This document shows, piece after piece, positions 12,465 to 24,719 of a stretch of 64,000 nucleotides of DNA. The number at the start of each line of letters is the position of its first letter. The stretch's first letter is position 1. Position numbers and translations under genes: made by a program. This DNA is from Euprymna scolopes (taxonomy: Eukaryota). Location: NCBI GenBank assembly GCA_053919585.1, contig CM132792.1; one strand, 5' to 3'. The notes below the pieces were generated by a model. It was not told where the DNA came from. It ran no database searches and saw nothing but the letters and a program-made list of their open reading frames with translations.

Positions 12465-12885
12465 GCAATGTGATGATGCATGGAAATGAAACTTGGCCAG
12501 CGAGGGTTGAGGACATGCGTTGCATGAAAAAAGAAATAATATGAGAATGATACAATAGGTGTGTAACATGAATTTTAAAGACAGGCTTAGATCTGATGAC
12601 CTCAGAGGAAAATTGAATTTTGGCAATACAGATATATGTGTGCATAAGAATAGACTGGTATGGCTACATTGAGAGACTAGATGAGAACTCTTTGGTTTAT
12701 AGGCGTAGAACAGTTGAGCTAGCAGGATTACGTGGCAGGAGTAAACCAAAAAAAAAAAAAACGTGGGAGGAAGTAATAAGAATGTAATTGAAAGAAAGAG
12801 GGATAAATGAAGACATGGACAGAGACAGGTTACTTTTGAAATCAATTTCTAAAACCTGTCCAAAACATGATGATGATGACGACAT
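12465..12885 (+). mobile_element. RTE-clade LINE 3' fragment
   Basis: VMMHGNETWP..MRMIQ..KDRL..RLVW..GLRGRSKPKKTW; (GAT)n tail. Confidence 0.8.
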
Positions 12886-13487
12886 TAACAAGCACTTATG
12901 TATAAGTTGAGTTTCTTTTATAATGGACCTTGTTAAAAAATGTTTATAGACACAATTTATTGATATATAGCTTGTCAGTAATTAAATTTAAAAACGTCCA
13001 CTGCTGCTCATATAAATAATAGGCGTCAGAGACTATTTCCTATTCTCTTGCTAAATCAAATTTGAGGCTGCTAAAATTGGAAAGAGTGTTAGATAGGCAA
13101 TTATTGGAATGGTTCTACATTTGACAATATTCAATGCTTATTGTGTTGCATTCTAACCGTATCGATGAGGGAACAACAATACAAAGACAAGTGATTAGAT
13201 TTCCATCTTTATTCGGACATTCCAATTGTTGTTCAGACAACTCGAGAGTTTATGACATGGTTGACAAGCATGGTTAAAGACTACATCCTCCTCGTCTAAG
13301 ATTTTCAACTGACTGCTTTAATTTACAGAGTTAAATCCTTGCTATTATATCTAGTAGTCATTATTCAGCTATCTGAATAAAGCTCTAACTAATTAAGCTG
13401 AGATACAAAGTCTAAAATATCCGTTTATAAGAAAGCTGGAATATTCCAGGATTCCAATTAGTTGCTAGTCTATTAGTGGATAATCTA

Positions 13488-14419
13488 CGAGGTGCCCCTT
13501 CAATAAGCTTCCAGATTTTTTAATATGGATACTTTTATTCATAGTACATACATAGAACTCTAGTCCCCTTCAAAGTAATCTCCTCCAGCTGTGATGCACT
13601 TGTTGTACTGCTTCAACAACTTCTGTAAGGCCCCATGGAAGTCTTCTTGTATGAGCATGTCAATGATTCTCATTACAGCCTCTTTCATTTCCTTAATTGT
13701 CTCATAACGATAACCCCTAAGGTTTTCCTTGAGCTTCAAGAATAGCCAAAAGTCACAGAGAGCAAGGTCTTCACTTGAGAGTGAGGAATTGTCTCGATGC
13801 TCATCTTGGTCAAATAGTCTGTAACGAGGATGGAATTGTGGACTGATGCATTTGTGCAAATGTTCAACATCTTCAGTTCCTCACAAATAATCGCATTTAC
13901 AGTTCCCACACTGACATCAAACTGTGCATTTATTGTCTCTATAAACACACGACGAACCTTATCCATCAAATTCTTTATTTGGCCAATCAACTCTGATGTT
14001 CTGATTTCCTTACTCCTCCCACACCGTTCATCATCCCTCATAGACTCCCTGCCTTCCTTTAATCTCTTATGCCACTCAACTGATACTTGATTCATGAAGG
14101 ATGGTCCAAAAGCTGTCTGAAGCATTCAATACGTTTTCGTGGCATGTTTTCCAAGTTTAAAACACTTTTATTGCATATCGTTCTTCTAAAGTGTCCTTAC
14201 ATTCTCGATTGCATGTTTGAAATTCACCAGCTGTGACAATCAGGCTTTAGTAGGGTGTATTCCAATTCCTGCTGGAGCTGTACATTTGAACCTTAAATCA
14301 TGAAAATTGGTTAGTCATCTCATAAGATGTATAGTAATAACGTACTGAATTTTCAAGAGTCTACGACAATTTTAAATGTCTATAAAAAAAAAAATTGAAA
14401 ACTTATTGAAGACACCTTG
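13488..14419 (-). mobile_element. Mariner DNA transposon, internally deleted
   Basis: TA-flanked TIRs CGAGGTGCCCCTTCAATAAG / CTTATTGAAGACACCTTG; WHKRLKEGRES..DDERCGR; DLALCDFWLFLKLKENLRG..GGDYFEGD; solo TIR also near 54990-55025. Confidence 0.93.
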
Positions 14420-14619
14420 TATCATATAAATATTGATTAATTTAAGCAAGGATTTTTCTATTAACTATTTGGAGACATTTATGTCAGTATGTATGAAATT
14501 GATTCTATATTCACGAACTTGGTTATGTTTTGTTTTGTTTTTTTTGTTCTGTTATTGCAATTTTTTGGTTTTTCTTTTCTTTAATCTCTTACAATTTCAA
14601 ACTCTTTTGTTTAAATTAG

Positions 14620-15042
14620 GGTATAGTTTTACTATTGAATTTAGTAGTCAGTGCTCAGCTCTCTAACCAGTTGAGCGTCACTAGAAAATATAGAAGCCTA
14701 GAAAGTTGATTTATAAGCATGCTGGGAAGTTTCATTTTGTTAAGATGGGCAAATCCATTGTCTGGATTATATCAAATATACTTATGGGGTATTTTTGCAT
14801 TGAAAAGAATTGTTTAAAATTAAAATATTAAATGAATTTAATAACCACTCTATAATTGTAATTGTTTCACCAGATTGGTACAAAATGTTTAGACTTTCGT
14901 TTCGAATTTCTGAAAAATATAAAACTCCTTGCTTTAAATAAAGTAATAGTTTTACTATTGATTTTAATTGTAATTACTCTGCTGTTCAACCAGTTGAGGT
15001 TCACTAGAAAATTATGATGGAAGCCTAGAAAGTTGGTTTAGA
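14620..15042 (-). repeat. Two diverged copies of an about 95-bp unit with a tRNA-like A box; third partial copy 15960-16030
   Basis: ATAGTTTTACTATTGA..CCAGTTGAG..CACTAGAAAAT..GAAGCCTAGAAAGTTG at 14620 and 14945; minus strand reads GCTCAACTGGTTAGAG. Confidence 0.55.
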
Positions 15043-15261
15043 AGTCCGGGTCTCTCTACAAGGCTTAAAATATGCAAGTTTATTCTCTGGGTTCTGATTG
15101 GTTGCTTGTCCATGAGTGGATAATCTATTATATAAATATTGCTACTTCCAAGCAAAAATTTTTCTACCAACGATTTAGAACGCCTTTATGTCAGCATGTG
15201 CTTGATTTGATTTTACACGTGTGACTTAATTTGACCAATCAGAATAAAGCATCTTAAGTCC

Positions 15262-15870
15262 AAGATTGTCACTCAAACTTGGTGAACTTGCAAGAGTTTA
15301 TCTGATATGTGTACGCAGTGTGATGATGTATGGAAGTGAGACTTGGTTAGTGAGGGTTGAGAGCATATGTTGCATGAAGAGGAATTATATAAGAACTAGC
15401 CTGGGTGCCCGGCGTTTCCCGGGTGTTTGGAGGTGTGTGTTGAGCAAAAAAAAATTAAAAAAGGAAATGTTAGTAGGCAGGTAGGCTCGAACCCGTACTC
15501 TGAAGGAGAAAAACAATGTGATAAAATAAAACGTGGCGTCTTTGCTGTTGCGCCTATCGCCAAACCAGAAGTGGTCAAGGTTTAAATAAAGGTTAGTCAA
15601 CCGAAAAGAGGATATGACTTTCGAAAATATCGGCGAAAAAAGCGATCCTCCCCCCGCAGAAAAATGCCCAGTTGAGGGTGAAGGAATAAGTGTTTTTAGC
15701 CAATTTTTCGATATTTGTCGTCCGAAGGGTCGAGCTGCAAAACAATCCCGATTTCGTGAAAATCCGTTTAAGGCATACATACATACATTTAAACAGACAG
15801 GTGAGATTTATATTATAGATGATACGATGGATGTGTAATGTGAGTTTTTAAAGATAGACTTAGATCTTTA
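15262..15870 (+). mobile_element. RTE LINE fragment interrupted by a Helitron
   Basis: RVYLICVRSVMMYGSETW..RNYIR | MIRWMCNVSF reads through once 15396-15819 is removed. Confidence 0.85.
15396..15819 (-). mobile_element. Non-autonomous Helitron, family H3
   Basis: A|TCTATAATATAAA..CCCGGGAAACGCCGGG..CTAG|T; no TSD. Confidence 0.9.
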
Positions 15871-16087
15871 TATTGGCTGACAGCACAGTTGAAGGATTAT
15901 GTCCTACTCATCCAAGATTATCGACCAATGCTTTTCTTTAAAGATATCTTCGCTGCTAAATTTCGTAGTCAGTGCTCAGCTGCCTGATAAGTGAAGTTCT
16001 AATTAATAAGCAGAGATAGAAGTCCAGAATATGTAAGAATTAAAAATAAAGCGGTTTCTTAATTACATATTCTTATGAACTTATTGC

Positions 16088-16709
16088 AACTTAAGGAGTC
16101 TGGGCCTGATCTTTACTCCTGATCTGAAATGGAACACGTACATCAAATCTGTTGCCAAAGTTGCTGGAAAAATGGTGGGATCCTTCTACTGCTCCAGTAG
16201 ATATCTCACTGCTGATGTAATTCTCTACCTATATAAAAGCCAAGTACGTCCAAGGATGGGGTACTGCTGCCACATCTGGGCAGGGAGCTGCTAAAAACAG
16301 CCTATCCTGCCTTGACTGAGTATAAAATAGACTTTGTAGCTTAGTGGGGGATGCACTTTTCTCTTCCCTGTAATCTCTTTCCCACAGAAGAGACGTTGCA
16401 AGCCTGTCCTTGTTTTATAATTATTTCCATAGCAAGTGCTCGTCTGAGCTCCAATCTCTGCCCCCCCTCGCCAATCTTTCATGAAAAACACCCGTCTAGC
16501 TGAAAACCACTGTCAATAATTTTCCCCACTCTTTATCTGTGCCTAAATCTAAACGTAGATTCCACGAACAAAGCTTCTTTCTTAGAACTGCCTGCCTGTG
16601 GAACTCTCTTCTGTTTGCCTGTTTCCCAGCTGACTAAAACTTGGTTGTCTTCAAGTCCGACATAAACAAATTCTTGATGAACCGTCACCTTAAGTAATCC
16701 AATTTACCG
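16088..16709 (+). mobile_element. CR1-group LINE 3' RT fragment
   Basis: LIFTPDLKWNTYI..LYLYKSQVRPRMGYCCHIWAG..LWNSL; same family as 25955 and 31030. Confidence 0.88.
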
Positions 16710-17489
16710 CTTGTGCGGAGTTCGCACTGGTAATCAGTGTGAAGAAGACTGTTGTGATACGCCAGGGTGACACATCACCAATCACCATCAATGGCCACGA
16801 ACTAAAGACTGTCGAGAACTTTGCGCATCTTGGATCTAACATCAACAAGGGAGTATCCATTGAACAGGAGCTACAAACGCGCATAGGTAGAGCAGCGTCT
16901 ACTTTCAACCGACTATGTGAAAGAGCATGGTTCAATAAATACCTCACTTCTCGCACAAAATGCCGCATCTACGAATGCTGTGTTCTGAGTACCCTACTGT
17001 ATGGAACAGAGACTTGGACCACGTATGCTCGTCACAATAAAAGACTGAACGTCTACCATCTCTGATGCTTGTGACATATCATGGGCATCAATTGGTGGGA
17101 TAGAATCACCAACAAAGAGGTGCTAAGACATGCCGGCAGCTGCTCCTTGTTCCAGATACTCAAGATCCGATGATCGAGTTGGCTTGGACACCTGCGCAGA
17201 ATGCCCGATGGCCGTCTCCCTAAGAATATTCTCTACAGCGAACTGGCAAATGGAACAAGAAGCCGTGATCACCCAGTGCTGTGCTTTAAAGCCGTGACCA
17301 AGCAGGATCTGATCGCTCTTGGCATCGATGTGAATGTGTGGGAGGAGCTAGCCGAAGATAGACCAGCATGGAGGCGTGCCTTGAGTAAGGGTGGTTTGAG
17401 AGGCTGGCGCAGAGAAGACAAAACTAGTGACTACGTTTACTGTTGCTTGCATTAATCTTTCGTAGATTGCTTGCCATTATTATTATTAC
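16710..17489 (+). mobile_element. RTE (BovB-like) LINE 3' fragment
   Basis: LKTVENFAHLGS..RIGRAASTF..TLLYGTETWT..MPDGRLPKNILYSEL; (ATT)n tail. Confidence 0.92.
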
Positions 17490-17714
17490 ACCTGTGGAAC
17501 TCTCTTCCGTTTTTTTGTTTCCCACCGGACTACAACTTGGTTGTTGTCAAGTCCAACATAAACAAATTCTTGACGAACCGCCCCCTTAAGTAAGACACTT
17601 TATCAAAGAAAGTAATTACTAATGATTACTATGATATTATCCCATTCATGACTATACACTCGATAACTCTTATCCTTGAGTGACCTCTGGGTGACTCCTA
17701 TGTTAAAAAAAAAG
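17490..17714 (+). mobile_element. CR1 3' end with poly(A); duplicates 16595-16697
   Basis: CCTGTGGAACTCTCTTC..CAAGTCC.ACATAAACAAATTCTTGA..CCTTAAGTAA on both sides of the RTE. Confidence 0.85.
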
Positions 17715-17984
17715 GCTTAAGAAGTCACTAGGCACTAAATGTGTTCTGATACCACGAGGATCACAATGCATTCCCACTTGTTCTGTCAATTCTTCTATGC
17801 CATGCTGTGTTTAAAGATCTTAAAAATGTTGGTATTTAAGCAGCTTAATTGGAACTTGGGTAAGTGGCTGGTCGGCATTTCCTCTTTGCTTTGGTTCAAG
17901 ACAGCATTACTTTAAATTGAAAATCGGCCCATACACTGTGCTGTGTCTAGTGGGCTGTGAGCAAGCAAGCTAGAATTAAAGTCT

Positions 17985-18340
17985 ATATCTCTACAAGGCC
18001 ACCATCCGCTCATGCATGACGCATTGTTTTCACATCTCAATGAGTGCATCATTAACTAGTCTCTTTCAAGGGTTCAAAAAAAGAATCTTTAATCTAATAG
18101 GTCCCATACTGTCTACCAAGTTCGAGGCACTGTCCCATCACTGCGGTGTTGCATTCCTGTGCTTGTTTAACAAGTACTTTAATGAAAGGTGCTTCAACGA
18201 ACTTGCTGCTCTGGTGCCCCTTTGACATGAATACACTTGACAAACTGCTTATATTTTCAGACTCCACTCCACAAGCATATGCAACTCTAGAAGTAGTAAG
18301 TCGTAACAAACTTATTCATTCCTCCCTATATTATGGCATT
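17985..18340 (+). mobile_element. Diverged CR1-group LINE fragment
   Basis: LIGPILSTKFEALSHHCGVAFLCLFNKYFNERCFNELAALVP. Confidence 0.75.
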
Positions 18341-18414
18341 TAAATTTTCTTCAGTGCAGGCGACACCAAAAAATACAATTGCGAATAACTTAAGATTCCT
18401 ATTCAGTCTTTGGT

Positions 18415-18600
18415 GGTGGAACAAGAACATGCTATGCCCGTAAATTAAATAGTAGGGTTCTATTCGAGATTCTGTAGATTCCCGAGTTTGACAATATACA
18501 CCTGAAGAAAGTCGGAGGTTACGTTGACCAAAACGTTATGCAAATAACGTTTAAGATGAGAAGAGTAGTCCAAAAAAAATCTAAATAATGCGAAAGATAA
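18415..18600 (+). mobile_element. PLE pseudo-LTR family P1 with decayed HHR
   Basis: ACAC CTGAAGA A AGTCG..TGACC AAAAC GTT ATG. Confidence 0.7.
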
Positions 18601-19419
18601 GATTAATTTTGTTTGGTTTAGAAATTTCTTAGAGTCGTCCAATACATGCCAGCATGTAAAACAGACATTAAACCGATGATGATGATGATTGATGATGATG
18701 ATGAGTGAAAAACAGACTGCATATTTAATAATATATATTCATCAAAGTTTATTATCAAAAGGAAACCAGAAGTGATCCTTCGTGAGTAATTCTGTTTTAA
18801 ACCTTTCAAAGTCTTGTCTGGAATGCAGAGCAAGTGCTTTCTGATTTTAAAACCAAAAGAATGTCTTGTAATGGTCAATTAGTGTTCCTTTCATGTTTAA
18901 TGAAAGAGCATATTAATGAGGCGCCATAATCGTGTCAGACTCTGTGGGTTCGAACTTTCGCAACAGTGTACCAAGTGTACGCATAGCTAATTACTGATGC
19001 GAAAAATCGAATTCTGAAACCACAATTTTCTCAACCTAATGTATTTTGGACATCTCGATTATGCAAGCCATGGAAAATGGACTTATTTACAATAATATCT
19101 GGTCAATGCAAAAGTTTTTGCCGATTTAAAAATTCCATTTTGAAGATGGAAAACTGAGGTTTGGAAAATCTTTATTCGTGAAAATAACATTTGCTTTCTA
19201 TCACTTGTTTCCAGCTATCAACGAACTTATTAATGATTCGCTTGTAAAATTCTTTAGGTTTTGATGCAGAATACGACTCTATGTTACTCTCGTTCTTCGC
19301 TCGTGATGTTAGTCAAACGTCACCCAAATGGTTTTGTAATCTTCTAAATAAGTGATAATCTGAAGGAACTAGGTCAGGAGAATATGCAGAATGCGGCAAA
19401 ATTTCTCAACTAAATACTC

Positions 19420-19760
19420 ATATTACGTTTCTAAATTTTTGAAATGAGGATTTTTTATTCATATTATTTGGATTCATCGGACTACTGTTCTCATCACGTG
19501 TGTACCTTATCGAATTCGGGAGTTCGGACAGAATTTCTCCCTCTATCTAGTCTTAGCTGATAGAACAAGAACATGCTACTCCCGGAAAGTAAATAAAGGT
19601 TTTAGTTCGAAATTCATCCAAATTCTCGAGTTCGACAGAAATATTCACGAGTTCGACAGAAATACACCTGAAGAAGGTTGGAGGTTACATCGACTGAAAC
19701 GATGTGTAAATGACACTCAAGAGGAGAACAACAGTCTGATGAATCCAAATAATATAAATA
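19420..19760. mobile_element. Head-to-head pair of P1 pseudo-LTR fragments; HHR at 19663-19707(+)
   Basis: TATTATTTGGATTCATC.GACT (about 19462) is inverted to AGTCTGATGAATCCAAATAATA (about 19733); ACAC CTGAAGA A GGTTG..CGACT GAAAC GAT GTGT. Confidence 0.7.
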
Positions 19761-20286
19761 CTCCTATATTTTCTGTCAGTAGTGTTGCGTGAGAACGAAC
19801 ATTATTTTGGTGGAAGATGACTCCCATTTTGTTAACTTATAAAGAAGGTTGTTCTGGGGTCAGAAAAATATAAATTATTCTTCAATATCTAAAAAAAAAA
19901 AGAACAATTAATCACGGTGATAGCTTTAGATACTAACAATACGCATAAAATAAATTACAATGGTTTAGATGCCCCTTCTACAGACTGGCAAAAACGTTCA
20001 TATTTTTATTATTTTATGTAAATATCCAACAAATAATAATTCTACAATGCATGGGAAAAAGGGAACTTAGCAATGGTAGAAATTTTAAAATAAGGGAATC
20101 TTGCAAAATCTGAAAGCAAAATTTTGAATCTCTTTTTTATTCGTGCATATATTCCAAAGATCATTTCGAAATTATTGGGCACAGCCTAACATAAAAATAA
20201 AATAATATTGAGTTATTTCCCTTGCACTGAAGAAGGGAAAGTTATCTGCCCTTGAAATAAACACCGTCGGCTATGACAGCTTAGGA

Positions 20287-21850
20287 CAGGAGTCTCCAAA
20301 CTATGATCTGCGGGCCAGATCCGGCTACCCAAGTCTTTAATCTGGCTTGCGGAACTCTTAAGGACAACATAAAAATATTCAGAAAAATTGTTTTAAATAT
20401 AAATATGTGAAAATAGTAGGTACGTGCAAAATGAATGCCGATGCTCAAAATGCGTAAACATTTTCACCCCATCCCTTTACTTAAAAATTCACCAAAAGTC
20501 AGCAATTTTAATGAAATTTTCAGTATTTATCAAATAATTATCACGAAATATATTGAACTCACTATTTTTATTTAAATCTTCGTGGAAATGTATTATTTTG
20601 TTTAAACAAAAAATACCTTTATTAAAGTTATGGTTTTCTGTAATAAAAAAAAAATGAATGAATTTATTTTTGCTTTTTTTATGAAAATGAAGCATCGTAA
20701 ATTATAACAATTTTTTTTTTTAAATATTTAATTTTTACAGGAACATTACGAAAAATGCCCCTAAAGCCCATATTAATGAATTCGATATAACTCAAAGAAA
20801 AATTAATTCCTCGGACTACCGATATTATCATTGAATTAAGCATTGTTTATTTAATATTTTCCCAAAAAATATTATAATAGCAAAAAATATTTCTACTTTT
20901 GTTTTTAAGTTACAGGTTTCGCAGAACTTTTATATGTAAGACTTTAATAGTTTCCTTGCTCGCATGAATGTGAAACTTTCGGCGTAACATAATTTTTATA
21001 TAATCTTGAACAATAATTAAAAAAAAATAATTTAAAAAAAAGGAACATAGAAAAACAATTAAATTAAAAAATGATAACAATGATACCAACGTTCAGAATA
21101 TGAATATACGGATGCACGTCTGGAAAAAGAAAAAGGAAACTAGCACCTTCTTTTTCTCTTTGAATTACATGACGTCATTTTCATAGTCTTTCAAGTCGCT
21201 GAAATTTTGGGCTTCCGTATATTCCGTGTTTACAAAACTTTCGATTGGTGCGATTTTGTGAAGAGTAAAATCGCTCGCTTTTGGGGCTAATTAAGCTATT
21301 TTTGTACAAACAAGGTGTTTGTTTTTTAATTCAATATCTTAGTACTTTACTTTGCTAATTATCTTTGAAATAGACCCAGAAAACTGATATTATCTTTTAA
21401 AGGATTTTTGCAATGAATTTATTTAACTTCAAAATTTAGCTAAATTGGTTAGCTCGCCGTGAAAACAATTTTTATAACTTTTTTTTTTTCACGTGTACAA
21501 ATATTTCTTTCCATTTGGAAAAATTAACTTTAGTCTTTGATCTTTCAAATACAATCAAAAAGTTGTTGGAAACCTACAAAAAAAATATGATAAATCGGCT
21601 TTCAAAACTTTGTCCCCCTATTTTTATTCGTCCATTTTTGCCCGTACCTAGAAAATAGTGTGGTGATTTTTCTTTTTGTTCAGAAAATAATTAAAAGAAT
21701 GAGGTTTTGGAGAACCAGTTTCACTAAAAAGCAAAGCTAATGAGCAAAACAGTATACAACACATCCAGATCATTTTTTTTTTTTTAATTTAGGCCCGCGT
21801 AAAATACAGCATTATGCCCCCCCCCCGCCGTTCGAAAACTTGGATTAGGA
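20287..21850. mobile_element. hAT (Charlie-like) non-autonomous remnant
   Basis: Left end CAGGAGTCTCCAAACT..GCGGGCCAGATCCGGC; degraded right end GGCCCGCG..GCCCCC..AAAACTTGGA; pairing of the two ends is inferred. Confidence 0.5.
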
Positions 21851-22404
21851 AATACCAAAATTGCTTTGCATCACAACCTTTAATAATAACGTGTCCAGCA
21901 GAACCTATATAATTATTTCATCTGCAAGTTGTTGGATAAAGGTCAAAGATTATACTTTGTCCTTTGATGATTTTTGGTTTGTTATTAAATTGATAACAAC
22001 GGTTATTAGATGTAACACAAAGGCATGTCCGTTTCGCAGGAAACAATGCAAATGGCAGAGAAATCAAAATGATGAAAATACATAAAATCTGAACGTTCGT
22101 TCTATAACAGAATTTTATTTATTTTTTTTTTTTTACGCCCAGTTTCTTTCTTCATCTTAAGCATATATCAAAACAAAATGATTAATTACAATAAGAACGA
22201 ATATTGCTGAACTTGCAAAATTTATAAAACGGTTCAATAAAAAAATATACTTTCTTTTAACTTGATTTTTTTTAAGAGAATAACCTTTTGTCCATTAAAA
22301 ATTCTAATTACTCATAATTGCTTTCTGTCTGATATAAATGAATATAAGAAGAAATAATTCTTTCTGTCCACATAACGAAGGCTTTCGACATGAAAATGCT
22401 TTTC

Positions 22405-22516
22405 TTGTTATTTCCACAACGTTTCGACTTCTTCAGGTAATTTTTATTTAAATTTGGGAATCTGTATGTTGAGCCCTGAAACCTCGACAGAATTTCGAAT
22501 TGAACCCTTTATTTAA
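22405..22516 (-). mobile_element. P1 pseudo-LTR fragment, HHR with stem II deleted
   Basis: Minus strand CTGAAGA AGTC GAAAC GTT GTGG. Confidence 0.6.
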
Positions 22517-22520
22517 TATA

Positions 22521-23391
22521 CTGGGTTGGACGATAAAATTGTCACTCTAGAAAAGATATGCTTCCATTTCCGTTTGATGAAAACGGTTTTCTTTTTCTGA
22601 TGCAGACCATCTACTAGTTCGCCAGTTTTGTACAAATCCCAAGAGCGATAGCATCTGTCTATCATGTCTGAAAGTGATACTATGTTCAACAAGCGAGATC
22701 GGAGATGCGCCACTGTAATACTCACGCCCTCTATCGATCCAAGTTATGACAGCAGGACCATTGCCAGCACCCTCAAAATGCAAATTCAGAAGGTTCACAG
22801 TGCAACGAAGTGTCCAGCTATGGTTATAGTCTTTGGTATGGTTTCAAGTGAGGGCCACATCATGCCACCTCACATTTTCGAAGTCAAAATCTGCTTGAAA
22901 GTCATCACCAAAATGTACCTGGATTTGCTGAAGAGTGTGGTGATCCCTTGGTGCAATCAGGTGGTTGCTGGTAGACCCTGGGTGTGACAGCCGGACTCGG
23001 CGCCGGCCCACAAGCTCAAAGAAACCCAGGCCTAGCTTCAAAAGGAGTGCTATGACTGCACACCCTTCTCTCGCTGGCTTCTCTCCTCCCACCACCTGAA
23101 CCCGCACAACTACTTCGTTTGGTTATACGTCAAGAATATCATCAACATAATCTTCCACAACATCAGAGCCAGCCTGATTGCTGCCATCTGCCGAGTATTC
23201 ACCGAGCTCCCACTGGCGCTCGTAGAAAAGGCATGTTCCCAATTCTAGACCCGTATCAAGGCGGTGATTGAGGCTAAAGGCGGCTACATTGAATAGATGC
23301 AAAGTTACCTGAATTGATTTTTCAATAAAAGTTTTAAAATACATCTGTAGTGTTGTGTTCTTTAGGGCGACAAATTTATCGTTCCACCCTG
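22521..23391 (+). mobile_element. Tc1/mariner DD37D (maT) transposon, deletion derivative
   Basis: TA-flanked TIRs CTGGGTTGGACGATAAA / TTTATCGTTCCACCCTG; KCPAMVIVFGMVSSEGHIMPPHIF; D..37 residues..D spacing (DSAPAHK..WPPSSPDLNPLDY, consensus of the two copies). Confidence 0.88.
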
Positions 23392-23532
23392 TATTATTTA
23401 ATCCCAATTTATTTCAGGTCCGTTAATACTGAATCCCTTTTTGAAAGACTTTTTTGCTTCAAATTCTTAATATAGGGAGCCCCCCCCCCTCCTCCCACGC
23501 ACACCAAAACAAATCATATTATACACATTGGA

Positions 23533-23793
23533 ACAAATAAACTTCAGTTTCTCCTTGAACCCGAACGTCCACCAAGTTTCAGTGATGAATATCCAACAAT
23601 CTTTTTTTATCGCCATTCAGTGATTGTATATGAGATGGAATAAAAAGTACTATATGCAAAATTGTCAATTCTTCTGACACATTCCTTTGTTGGTGTTGCT
23701 TTTATTTTGGTATTTACACAAATAAACTTCAGTTTCTCCTTGAAATCGAATGTCCACGAAATTTCAGTGATGAATATCCAACAGTCTTTTTTA
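23533..23793. repeat. Local direct duplication of about 76 bp
   Basis: ACAAATAAACTTCAGTTTCTCCTTGAA..TTTCAGTGATGAATATCCAACA at 23533 and 23718. Confidence 0.9.
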
Positions 23794-23869
23794 CACTCTC
23801 TTTAGTTCACGACTAAGTTTGCAGATTGTTTTGATAAAGTTTAAGAAAAAACTTTTCCTTTCAGTTATG

Positions 23870-24570
23870 AATAGGATTACGCATTTGAAAGCACTTCTTC
23901 AGAATACTGCGACAACCAGAAGTTGTCTCTACATACCTGAAGTTTGCAGGTGTACTCCTTTTAAAGATCCGTTGAGGTGTTTGGTTATTCAGATTAGCTG
24001 GCAACAAGTCACTTGACCATTATCAAGATGTGACCGCCAAACCTCAGTATGGAAATCATGTGCAAAAAGGGAACTCTCCATTTGAAGGGATCTCACAGTG
24101 GTCATGGATGTTCCTCCCAGTTTCGTAAGAACATCGGCACCAACAACTTGCTGACTACCAACGCATCTACTCTTCCAAGAATAACAAAATATCCTGTTTA
24201 TGATAAATTGTGTCCAACCTGTATCCACCTTTTATGCTAGTGATATATATGTTGATCATAGCAAATACTTTATCCACAAGCGACTAGTGATAACTAGGAC
24301 TATGACAACATAGTTTCCTGATGTGTTTCTTGACTTAGATATAATTACACAGATAAAAATCTGGAGAGTAAAGTTCCAGTAAGGGTGAAGTCCATTTACA
24401 ATCATATCTCTTACTGATGAAATGAACATTTATGTGCCCCTGCATATTATTGAATGGTAATGAAACAAATACTGTTGGACATTAATGACTGACACTTGGT
24501 GAACAAGTCAGGCATAGATCAAAGGTTATTTGTACTAATTGCAGAAAAGATTATGAATTGTATTAGCAAT
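23870..24570 (+). pseudogene. Possible decayed CaRF/ALS2CR8-like (transposase-related) coding remnant
   Basis: Frameshifted PFEGI, KLCPTCI, FPD, NIYVPL, LIAEKIM occur in the order I recall for CaRF; weak. Confidence 0.25.
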
Positions 24571-24655
24571 TAAATATTTATTTTCATATTTGTTTTCATA
24601 TTTATCTTCTCGTAAATGCTTTACTTAAAATACGTTTGGATAACTTATTTAGTAT

Positions 24656-24718
<63 letters not shown>

Positions 24719-24719
<1 letters not shown>

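Noticed and set aside
12594-12615. Hammerhead at CTGATGACCTCAGAGGAAA
   Set aside because: Lies inside RTE coding sequence; stems I and III are absent
20222-20275. Hammerhead CTGAAGA AGGG..CCCTT GAAA..GTC
   Set aside because: Stem I does not pair and stem III is unconvincing
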